Source of the DNA: an uncultured Nitrososphaerota archaeon
GTDB taxonomy: Archaea > Thermoproteota > EX4484-205 > JAAOZO01
Direction: 5' to 3'
NCBI GenBank assembly: GCA_964408285.1
Contig: CAYOYV010000002.1
Coordinates: 1 to 64,000 of the forward strand
Length of the DNA: 64,000 bases
The position numbers and the translations under genes are program-made. Below are positions 19,986-28,456 of the stretch, one piece after another. The notes under the pieces were generated by a model that worked only from the letters and a program-made list of their open reading frames with translations, made no database searches and was not told where the DNA came from. Numbering within the stretch: position 1 is the first letter of the stretch; each line of letters starts with the position of its first letter.

Positions 19986-20105
19986 CAGATCGCCATATGA
20001 GACCCCTAATCCTCCGGCAACGCTTGATCAGCCGACTGCCTCCTGATGAATTCGTCAGAGGGCAGTACTCTGGCAGTGTAATCAGGATCAACCATATGGG
20101 ATCTG
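19986..20105. repeat. Nested inverted repeats, possible structured RNA element
   Basis: Outer arms CAGATC(G)CCATATG / CATATGGGATCTG; inner 32-bp imperfect palindrome ACTGCC-TC-CTGATGAATTCGTCAG-AG-GGCAGT at 20035-20066. Confidence 0.5.
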
Positions 20106-20112
20106 TGCTGAC

Positions 20113-20889
20113 CTACGTTTTGTTCTCTTGGATGCCAAGCCCGAGCAGATCTGAGGCATTCTTCCAGAGTATCCTTTCCTTTATCTCTTCTGGCTCCCGC
20201 AAGTGCTTCACCTTTAGAATCGCAGGTGTCACATACTTGAGCGGCACCCCAGAACCGAACATCAACCTCGAGGGACCGATCGATCTGATGAGCTCAGGCA
20301 TTTCTTGGAGAACTGAAGGCATTCTTGAGATTTCGAAGTAAAGATTTTCGTGATTTACCAGAGATGATTTCGCGACATCTCTCGATTCAAGGATTACTAT
20401 TTTCACATGAGGTGACTTGGTGGCCAAGGCTTCTATCTCATGAAAGCCTATGTCCCTGGCTGAATCCATCCAATGACGGCCCCTTCGGTCCCTTAGTCTC
20501 ACGGGGATAGATATCACTAGACCCAACTCTGAAGCTTCAGATACGAGCTTCAAGCAATCTTCATCGTCAAGGAGATAATTGTGGTATTGTGGATAGAGTC
20601 GGATTCCTTTGAAACCACTTTCAACGCATTGTGCTAGGTCCTCCGCCCAACCGGGATATTTCGGGTTCAGGACAGCGAATGGGATAAACCTCTTGCTGTA
20701 ATTCCTTACTTCCTCTATGAGTTCTAGATTCCCCTCATTCGTATCGGCATAGAGAACCGAGTTGAGGGATGACACAACGGCGATGTCCACCCCAGCTCTG
20801 TCGAGTAGTTTCACCACTTCATCGGAGGTTGTGGCAGGGAGTCTTCTGAATGGCCAGTTCCCCAAGTAAGCATTGATATCTATTATCAT
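20113..20889 (-). CDS. Amidohydrolase_2 family protein, degenerate metal site
   Basis: TIM-barrel amidohydrolase pattern, but DINAY replaces DxHxH and FGSG replaces FGSD; ATGA overlap with the upstream paralog. Confidence 0.82.
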   Translation of the reverse strand: MIIDINAYLGNWPFRRLPATTSDEVVKLLDRAGVDIAVVSSLNSVLYADTNEGNLELIEEVRNYSKRFIPFAVLNPKYPGWAEDLAQCVESGFKGIRLYPQYHNYLLDDEDCLKLVSEASELGLVISIPVRLRDRRGRHWMDSARDIGFHEIEALATKSPHVKIVILESRDVAKSSLVNHENLYFEISRMPSVLQEMPELIRSIGPSRLMFGSGVPLKYVTPAILKVKHLREPEEIKERILWKNASDLLGLGIQENKT

Positions 20890-21659
20890 CCAGATCGCCT
20901 CTTCAAGATCCTCATGAAGTTTCCGCCGAATATTAGCTGTCTTTGTTCCTCAGTTATGTTTGCATCGAGTATCTTGCCCACACCCTCCTCCAGGCTGAGA
21001 TCAGTGCCGAACAGCAGACGATTTTCTCCTACATATCTTATGGCTTTCTCTATGACGCCGCAGTCAATGACGCTCCCACTTGTGTCCACGAAAACATTCT
21101 GGACATTCCTAAGAATCTTCAGGGCCCATTCCCAATCGCCGCCGCCCGGAACATGAGCTTCTATCAGAATTGCCTTAGGGAAAAGGGAGGCCAATGAGGC
21201 AAGATCCCTAGCATCTGATATGTTGGGCTGCTTGGCGGCCTCCATGGGATCGGTCAAATAGCCGGCGTGTTGGAGAATAGGAACCTCAAGTTCTATTGTC
21301 TTCTGTACGATCGGATAAACTACAGGATCAGAGCATTTGTATTGGTTGTAGAGCTTCACCCCGATCATTCCATCTTCAAGAATTCTCTTCTCTATCTCCT
21401 CCAATGCCTCCTTCTGGAATCCGGGGTCTACGAAACAATACCCCAAAATCTTGCCAGGATACTCTTTCATGGCCTTGAGCAGGTCCTTGTTGCAGGCCCG
21501 GAATTCTTCTGGAGCTGCGGCACGTCCCCCTATGGGAATCGAACAGCAGAGCGAGTCTATTCCGAGTCTGTCAGCAGCTTCAACAAGCCATTTCGGCGAA
21601 GGACTTCCAATGTCCCATGGTCCTCCCCTGACATGCGAATGGCAATCTATCCGAAACAT
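20886..21659 (-). CDS. Amidohydrolase_2 family metal-dependent hydrolase
   Basis: DCHSH, GVKL, LQH, EAH, LFGTD metal and catalytic motifs intact. Confidence 0.88.
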   Translation of the reverse strand: MFRIDCHSHVRGGPWDIGSPSPKWLVEAADRLGIDSLCCSIPIGGRAAAPEEFRACNKDLLKAMKEYPGKILGYCFVDPGFQKEALEEIEKRILEDGMIGVKLYNQYKCSDPVVYPIVQKTIELEVPILQHAGYLTDPMEAAKQPNISDARDLASLASLFPKAILIEAHVPGGGDWEWALKILRNVQNVFVDTSGSVIDCGVIEKAIRYVGENRLLFGTDLSLEEGVGKILDANITEEQRQLIFGGNFMRILKRRSG

Positions 21660-21752
21660 GAGAAGAGGGCCCTCCTCGCTTATTTATGATTAATCTACCT
21701 TGGACAGAGATGAGTATGAAACGCATGAGTGAAATACTGAAATTCGAGATTG

Positions 21753-22649
21753 TCAGTCTGGGAAAAAGGCCGTTAGGAAATCATTCAATGGGCCATCATA
21801 GGTCGCTTCCGCTAAGAACTCGATTCCCTGTTGATTCCCCCAACTGTAGTAGATTTTGGTTTTCCCCCCAAACTCGCACAAATCCAAATCGGAATTATTC
21901 AAATTGACTGCGCTTGCGATTCCATTTCTTTGCTGAACGGTAAGTCTCGGATTCGCGATCAGCTTGTCATCTGCGGACGGGGTCATCACAGGATTGAAAA
22001 TGCTCCCCTCCCAATGGACTAGGTCCCTAGAGCGCACAATGTACGGCTCATATCTTGGACCCTGCATGGCTTCCAGATAGATCATATAGTAGTATCCCTC
22101 CAGGAAGCGAATCGCTGGGCATGCGGTGTATCGATCTTTGGAGTATACGCATTCGGACGGGGTCAGACGCCATTGTGAGAGATCTGGAGACTCTGCAAAA
22201 CGAATTGTGAAGCGGACACCAACTTCCTCCGGGGGTTCCCCAAGCTCAATTGCCATTACGTAGCGATTTCCAGCTTTGCAGACCGAAGTGTTGTAGATGC
22301 CCCACCTAGGAAGGTCAAGCAAAATATTCGACGACCACCTATCTAGGTCAGTGGAACGGAAGCCATAGATTTTTGAGTCTCCCCATAGGCCGACTCCGTA
22401 GACATAGACGGTTTCCTCCTCCACAAACGCACTGCCGAGATGATATCCTTGGGCAAAAGGGGCTGTTGGTGTGTGCGACCCAATGTCTATGAATCGAAAA
22501 TAGGAAGAGCCAGTTGTATTGGGCTTGTAGTTATTTCTTACGTATTCAAATAGAAAAAGCTTGTTCCTGAAGACGACTGGAGTGGTCTCAACCATATCAC
22601 AATCTATTGTACCCAATTTTCTAATCAGGGGCTTATTCTTCAATCTCAT
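21753..22649 (-). CDS. Five-bladed beta-propeller glycoside-hydrolase-like protein
   Basis: Repeated blade motifs ETTPVVF, NTSVCK, ACPAIRF and S.DL..W loops (STDLDRW, SPDLSQW, SRDLVHW); ORF track start 22673. Confidence 0.7.
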   Translation of the reverse strand: MRLKNKPLIRKLGTIDCDMVETTPVVFRNKLFLFEYVRNNYKPNTTGSSYFRFIDIGSHTPTAPFAQGYHLGSAFVEEETVYVYGVGLWGDSKIYGFRSTDLDRWSSNILLDLPRWGIYNTSVCKAGNRYVMAIELGEPPEEVGVRFTIRFAESPDLSQWRLTPSECVYSKDRYTACPAIRFLEGYYYMIYLEAMQGPRYEPYIVRSRDLVHWEGSIFNPVMTPSADDKLIANPRLTVQQRNGIASAVNLNNSDLDLCEFGGKTKIYYSWGNQQGIEFLAEATYDGPLNDFLTAFFPD

Positions 22650-22725
22650 TTCCTTGATGACAAGCGTACACAATTCTTAAGCCTTAATGCATCCAAGATG
22701 GCAGTGACCATAGACACGACGGTTC

Positions 22726-24663
22726 TCAGCTGAATACTCCTCCACTTTCGCTGAGCTTCTTTCTAACCATCGAGACGGCCACTATCAGGGCGATTACTAT
22801 TATCACAGGGGCGCCATACATCCATAGGGGTATGTTTACTGCAAATTGCTGTGTACTGGTTCTTGCGAGATTCCCGAACGAATCAGATGCCTCTACGTAG
22901 TATTGTATTGTCAATGGCGAACCCTGAGCAGGAATAGTGGCTTCATAGATTTCTCCTTGTGGCGTCATCGATGTCGTTTCCCACTTTGACCCGCCATCTG
23001 TCGAATAGCACAGGCTCACCTGCTTGACTCCAGAGATCTCGTCCCTAATCCAAGCAGAGACTTTAATCTGCTCATACATCACGGGCGATTCGGGAGACAC
23101 CGCCGTCTTCCATATTATCGGAGGTTCGACATCGACTATCAAAACGAATTCAACACTCGGTGTCTCAGCTAGATTGCCTAGATTGTCTATTGCCTTTGCC
23201 TTCCAATTGTGTTTGCCGGGTGACACACCAATCGTCTGTATATAGGTGCTATTCTGTTTTTTCATCGTTCCTTGGCTTGCTCCATCGAAAAACAACTCCA
23301 CATTCGCTACCCCTGACCCGTTGTCTCGAACAATGACTTTGAAGTCCACTGAGACGGATTTCCTCATGAGCGTGCCAGTCGGTTCAGATATCGTCATTGA
23401 TGGAGCCGTATTGTCCATGAATACTCTGAAAGTTCTTTTGACCTCGGAATTGCCGACGTTATCTATGCTGTAGTATTCAATGGTCTGGTTCCCATCATGA
23501 GGATTGATGCCGAATGCAAGCCCTCGCGAATAGGTCTGCCAGTCACCTCCATCGACTCTATATTTCGTCTGGTTGACCCCACTGCCCTCGTCCTTGGAAC
23601 TCAAGGAGAAGGTGGTGTTTCTATTTACATACAGAATACCAGACACCTGAATCGACGGCCCAATCACCGTTATGTTAGTGACGGGAGGTATCGCGTCCAA
23701 GACGAACGTCTGCCATCTCGTATCCTCTCCGTAGTATTCGTAGTCCGTTGTCCAAGCCCTCACTGTCCATTGACCAGGCTGGTCGTCGTAATACCAGAAC
23801 TCCTTTGACGTCTCTCCATCAGCTATCACGATTTCGTTAGTTGCAGGGCCTCTTGGAGTAAGCGAGAATTTCTTGTTTGCTGATTTCGAATCGGAACTCA
23901 GCTTCACCTCTAGGACTCCTCGGGAAATGGGATTTCCACGGATATCCCTTCTGTGAACTTTCATCATGACCCAGGTATTCACGAAAGCTTGGCTGACTGC
24001 CTCAAGGCGAAGATAGGGAGGATAATAGCTGACAATCAGTGTGGGACGGTGAATGCTGTCGCTGGATTCCCTGGATCGGAATCTCGCGGATATTGCATTG
24101 GGCGGAGGTGCGTTCTCGATGTCGTCAATAATTCTCCAACCATAATTAGGGAGATAACTGGCCTCGTCCCTTCCTAGGAATTTCTGAACCCAATATGTTT
24201 CATTCCAGTTCATCCATCCGGGCAAAGTGCTGCTGGAATTAGTTGAAGAAAACGCGGCATCTACTGAGGGTTGTCCCTCCCATGTCAGGGCAGGAGCACT
24301 TTGGTCTCCTGCTTCGCTCCAAGGTCCATTCACTCGACTGGAGGTGTATGTGCGTGAAGTCGCTGGCGCCTCGAACATATATATGAGCATTGAAGCTTGA
24401 TTCACCACACAACCGGGTGGCAGAGTGCTTAGATTAAAGACTAGAAAGGTTCTGGCATTTGCTAAGGAGTAACTCTGAACCCAAAGGTAGTCCTGAGAGC
24501 CATAGGCGACACCCGGCATTGCGCTGTGGACATAGGCATCTGCCCTAGGATTGAGATAGGCGATCCTCAACTGGGTTTCGCCAAGGGATTCATGAGGCGA
24601 AACCATGGACAGAAGGAATAAGACACCCAGAACAACAGTCCATTTTCGCAGAGCAAGCACCAT
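22726..24663 (-). CDS. Secreted, C-terminally anchored DNRLRE-domain protein with Ig-like/OmpL47-type repeats
   Basis: Signal peptide; ADAYV..YGSQDYLWV..RTFLVFNLSTLP..PTLIVSY; SGVNQTKYRVDG, YYSIDNVGN; C-terminal TM plus RKK. Confidence 0.8.
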   Translation of the reverse strand: MVLALRKWTVVLGVLFLLSMVSPHESLGETQLRIAYLNPRADAYVHSAMPGVAYGSQDYLWVQSYSLANARTFLVFNLSTLPPGCVVNQASMLIYMFEAPATSRTYTSSRVNGPWSEAGDQSAPALTWEGQPSVDAAFSSTNSSSTLPGWMNWNETYWVQKFLGRDEASYLPNYGWRIIDDIENAPPPNAISARFRSRESSDSIHRPTLIVSYYPPYLRLEAVSQAFVNTWVMMKVHRRDIRGNPISRGVLEVKLSSDSKSANKKFSLTPRGPATNEIVIADGETSKEFWYYDDQPGQWTVRAWTTDYEYYGEDTRWQTFVLDAIPPVTNITVIGPSIQVSGILYVNRNTTFSLSSKDEGSGVNQTKYRVDGGDWQTYSRGLAFGINPHDGNQTIEYYSIDNVGNSEVKRTFRVFMDNTAPSMTISEPTGTLMRKSVSVDFKVIVRDNGSGVANVELFFDGASQGTMKKQNSTYIQTIGVSPGKHNWKAKAIDNLGNLAETPSVEFVLIVDVEPPIIWKTAVSPESPVMYEQIKVSAWIRDEISGVKQVSLCYSTDGGSKWETTSMTPQGEIYEATIPAQGSPLTIQYYVEASDSFGNLARTSTQQFAVNIPLWMYGAPVIIVIALIVAVSMVRKKLSESGGVFS

Positions 24664-24800
24664 GTATAGCCATTCATCTGGAAAACATATAAGGGTTTAA
24701 AGCTGCCAGTTTTGTTTCTCGAAAGTAAAATGCCGCATTAGAATGATGTCTGAGAGATAAATACCCGTTACTCATCCATTTCGAGAGAGGGTTTGCGCAT

Positions 24801-26714
24801 TTATGAGATCAAGAGTTCACCTTCCGTCGTTAGATTCTGGATTTCATTCAGGACGAGTTTCGTATCAGAAATGGTGATCAGATGATTGCCTATGTATAAT
24901 ATGCGTTTTATGTAACGAGAGGAATCCAAGCGGTAACCGGTTCTGGTAGCTTCGTAACATCTGTCTAGGTGAGTTATCTCGCCTTTTCTGATCAAGCCAC
25001 CATCGCCGGATAAATCAAATACGTAAGCGCCCTGGAAGACAATATCTCCGAATGCATATGGTGGCGCTCCATTTGGGAATTTGCTCCTGTCGATTATGGC
25101 AAGCATGATAGGAATAACGAGCAGCCCTCTCTCTTCGTCTAGCAGGAATGCCTTGTGGTCTTCTAGGATGGGGGACCAAGTCCCCCTGTCGCCAATCAAG
25201 GATTTGCTTATCTCTATAGGATTAGATAGGTCGGTCACATCGAACAAGGAGATCTTTATTCCCTGATACCAAGAGAAGTCTCCCTGCTCCGCGGGCACTG
25301 CATCTTTTCCTATGCCCAAAAGGTGACTCTCACCATAGGGATGAAGGTAATCTGAGTACCCCGGTATCTTCAGCTCGCCAAGGACAGTTGGAATATTCGG
25401 ATTGGAGATATCGATGACAAAAAGTGGATCGACTTTCCTAAAGGTCACAACATAGCATCTCGAACCCATGAATCTGGCGGAATATATTTTCTCCCCAATG
25501 GCGAGTCCCTCGAGCCTGCCAACAACCACTAAGTCCTCCATCCGAAGCACATACAGATTGTTTCTAGAGCTCGCCTCCTCGCTGTTCCGGGACAGATGTC
25601 CAGTAGTCGTCGCTAACCTCAGGAATCCCTGGTATTCGTCAACTGAGAATTGATTCAGCAGATATCCTGGAACCTTTCCACTTGCCTCAAACGCGATTCC
25701 TTTCCTGCCGATTCCTATTCTGTTTATGAACGTGAACTGACCACTTTCTCCAGTATAGCGAAGCTTTGGGGAACTGCTGATCCCTGTCATATATGAGGGG
25801 ATTGCCAGATAGATGTTGTCACGTGAGACGTAGATTGTTGTCGCGCTCCCAGTCAAGGCCACCTTACACGAGGCATCTTCCGGCAGCGATCTGATGCCCA
25901 CGGAGAGGATGACAGTGAAAGAATACGAGATGTCCTGGTCGTCCGGGCAGTAGTTGATATCGGTCACTGGTATCTCTGAGGTGGACCCATTCCTAGAGAT
26001 CCTCGGCAACGAGATATTGCCATTCTTCCCAATCGAAAGATAGGCGGGGCTAGTCGTGATGACATAAACATAGTCCTCGATGAGCCTTGAATCCAAGTAT
26101 TGGCCAGTGACGTTCAGAAAGCTAGCCAATCTCGGGCTGCTCGGGTCCTCTATGTCAAATATCTCGATCCATGTCATTGAGGGATAACGATCAGATTCGC
26201 AGTATCGTCCCAAGTAACCCATATCTGACAGCAGGACAACCAATCTATTGCCAGCTACGAAGAGGCCGACAGGTCTATTGACAAGCTTCAGCTTAGATAG
26301 GATTTCTGGCTTGTTTGGGGGATACGCCTTCACTATGAGAAGATTCTGACCTGACAACAAGTAGACGTATCTACCGTCAGTCTTGACGATGTCAGCCTCA
26401 TCAACGCCTTCAACCTGTATATTAGTACGAGAATATGGCATAGAGGCAACCTCGCCATCGCCGAATGCCACTTGCTTTGTCATTGCACCCGCAAGGGCGG
26501 GAAATGTATAGTCTAGAATCGAACGACTTTCTGTTTTTCTCGTGACAAGGAAATCTTTCAACTCGACAAGAGAGACAAATGGCCTATACTCTGAATCTCT
26601 CTTCGGAGGAGTCTGGCAAATAATTGTCGCCGAACCAAAACAGGCTATTGCATATGCGAGAACGACAAACATTACACGAACATAGGACGTAGTTGTGGGT
26701 CTCTTTAATGCCAT
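24801..26714 (-). CDS. Secreted beta-propeller domain protein (Beta_propel, COG4880-like)
   Basis: YSRTNIQVEGVDEADIVKTDG, LNQFSVDE, GEKIYSARF, TFRKVDPLFVID, GELKIPGYSDYLHP. Confidence 0.9.
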   Translation of the reverse strand: MALKRPTTTSYVRVMFVVLAYAIACFGSATIICQTPPKRDSEYRPFVSLVELKDFLVTRKTESRSILDYTFPALAGAMTKQVAFGDGEVASMPYSRTNIQVEGVDEADIVKTDGRYVYLLSGQNLLIVKAYPPNKPEILSKLKLVNRPVGLFVAGNRLVVLLSDMGYLGRYCESDRYPSMTWIEIFDIEDPSSPRLASFLNVTGQYLDSRLIEDYVYVITTSPAYLSIGKNGNISLPRISRNGSTSEIPVTDINYCPDDQDISYSFTVILSVGIRSLPEDASCKVALTGSATTIYVSRDNIYLAIPSYMTGISSSPKLRYTGESGQFTFINRIGIGRKGIAFEASGKVPGYLLNQFSVDEYQGFLRLATTTGHLSRNSEEASSRNNLYVLRMEDLVVVGRLEGLAIGEKIYSARFMGSRCYVVTFRKVDPLFVIDISNPNIPTVLGELKIPGYSDYLHPYGESHLLGIGKDAVPAEQGDFSWYQGIKISLFDVTDLSNPIEISKSLIGDRGTWSPILEDHKAFLLDEERGLLVIPIMLAIIDRSKFPNGAPPYAFGDIVFQGAYVFDLSGDGGLIRKGEITHLDRCYEATRTGYRLDSSRYIKRILYIGNHLITISDTKLVLNEIQNLTTEGELLIS

Positions 26715-26894
26715 CTCTCACCAGATCCTAGGAGAATGGAGTCAGCCGATTCCCATTAATCCTATTGTCTGGGACAAGATATTCACAGATTAGAACAGCA
26801 CGATTGAGGCAAAGAACACATTCGATCGTGCCAGAGGATAGAAAAAGCGAATCAACCCTTAAATACATTGAGCTTCTGCTGTCCAAGAGTCAAA

Positions 26895-27494
26895 ATGGAA
26901 ACCGAGGAGATAATGGGTGGTATCGGTGCACTTCTGATCGCTGTCGGATTCTCCAATTGGATATTGATGCTGGCCGGGATAGTGATGACTCTAATCTCTT
27001 TAAGGCGCTTGGCCGACCTATTCAAGGAGGAGAGGATTTTTCGGGATGCCCTGATCGGGCTGGTTGCAGGCGGAGTGGGCCTTGGCATAGCGTTTGTCTG
27101 TTTTCTAGCGATAATTCTGTCGATAGTATTTTCCTCCATGGCAACCTATGGGGCTCCCAAGCCCCCAATGACGGTCTATTCACCACTAAGGGAACTCTAT
27201 GCCCTTTTGCTGGGCCCGAGGCCTTTCCAGATACTGCTGGCATTGATCATTCCTTTACTGATAGTGTTCATCAGCCTGATGGTTCAGGGCGTATTCCTCA
27301 GAGAGGCCTTTAGGCTGCTCTCTGCCAGATCAGGTGAAAGGCTGTTCGATACTGCTGGCACTGTATTGCTCATAGGCTCCGTATTGACCGTACTACTTGT
27401 CGGATTCATGGTACTTCCAATTGGTTGGATTATTGTCGCAATTGCATTCTTCTCGCTGAAGGCGCCCGCTCAACAACCTCCTGTCCAAGCATAA
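26895..27494 (+). CDS. DUF996 family membrane protein
   Basis: GGIGALL..LISLRRLAD..IF; SGERLFDTAG..IGSVL..GWIIVAIAFFSL; TTAAATA 30 nt upstream. Confidence 0.8.
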   Translation: METEEIMGGIGALLIAVGFSNWILMLAGIVMTLISLRRLADLFKEERIFRDALIGLVAGGVGLGIAFVCFLAIILSIVFSSMATYGAPKPPMTVYSPLRELYALLLGPRPFQILLALIIPLLIVFISLMVQGVFLREAFRLLSARSGERLFDTAGTVLLIGSVLTVLLVGFMVLPIGWIIVAIAFFSLKAPAQQPPVQA

Positions 27495-27586
27495 CAGGCA
27501 GCATGACTTATTCTCGATATTGCGTCGGAGTAATGAAATCGGGGTGCTGAACAACTCTGATATGGACTGCCATCCGTACCTAGAAG

Positions 27587-28456
27587 ATGAATGATTATAT
27601 ACATAAGGAGGATGTTCATCATGATTTCGGGAGAGGTACTATGTCATCCGTTGGTGTAATGAGAAGACTCAGTCAATTGATGCCTTCGGAAGAAGGCCGA
27701 TGCGTTCTCGTACACGCTGCTGCCGACTGGTGCTCAGTAACGGGGGAGAATCAGGGGGCAAACTCAATGGCCTCTGACATTGCCCGATGCGGAGTGGATG
27801 GCATCATCTTTAGCATCAATGATGGAATTCGTCCGCTCGATGTTTTCCTCGGCAAAAAAGCTCCGGCAATACTGATGCACGTTAAGTCAGAGAATCTGCC
27901 TCACCAAGATTCGTCCAATCCGGTGGGGCTCAACTTTGCAGGGGGCGACTTCGATCAGGCCGTTATGCAGGCATTCAGATTCGGTGCTTTGGTTCTAGTC
28001 ACAGATTTCACGGTAGGACATGATACCGATGAAGGAGAGGCCAACAATTTCCATGCTGTATCCCGAATGGTCTCCAAATCTGAGGAGTTGGGCCTTCCCT
28101 GCCTAGTGACCGCAATACCGACGGGGAACAGGATAACAAAGGAAACTTACGCTGACTGTGTGGGTCTGGCCTCCAGAATGGCCTCGGAAGCTGGTGCGCA
28201 ATGCTTGGCAATACCTTACCCGGGAAACAAGGATTCCACGACTAGAATATTGGAGGCAACAGGGGTTCCTACTTTCCTGCTACAGCTACCGAAAGAATTC
28301 TCAAGATCACAACCAGAGTGTGACGTTGCAGAACTTGTCGATATTGCCCTTGGCACAGGAGCTTGTGGAGTCATTTTGTCTTCTCCTAAGGCAAAGAGCC
28401 AGATTAATGACATAAGGTGGGCAGTCAAGACAATTCATGGAGCTGAACCAGAATGA
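27587..28456 (+). CDS. Class I (DhnA/FbaB-like) aldolase paralog lacking the Schiff-base lysine
   Basis: Colinear with the downstream aldolase, but GAQCLAIPYPG has Ala (28208-28210) at the Lys position, and the DHG and GRN motifs are lost. Likely start ATG 27641 (GGAGAGGT SD). Confidence 0.8.
   Translation: MNDYIHKEDVHHDFGRGTMSSVGVMRRLSQLMPSEEGRCVLVHAAADWCSVTGENQGANSMASDIARCGVDGIIFSINDGIRPLDVFLGKKAPAILMHVKSENLPHQDSSNPVGLNFAGGDFDQAVMQAFRFGALVLVTDFTVGHDTDEGEANNFHAVSRMVSKSEELGLPCLVTAIPTGNRITKETYADCVGLASRMASEAGAQCLAIPYPGNKDSTTRILEATGVPTFLLQLPKEFSRSQPECDVAELVDIALGTGACGVILSSPKAKSQINDIRWAVKTIHGAEPE

Noticed and set aside
20043-20111. CTGATGA ... CTGA as a C/D box sRNA or hammerhead core
   Set aside because: No properly spaced D'/C' boxes and no GAAA after a stem II; the motif lies within a palindrome.
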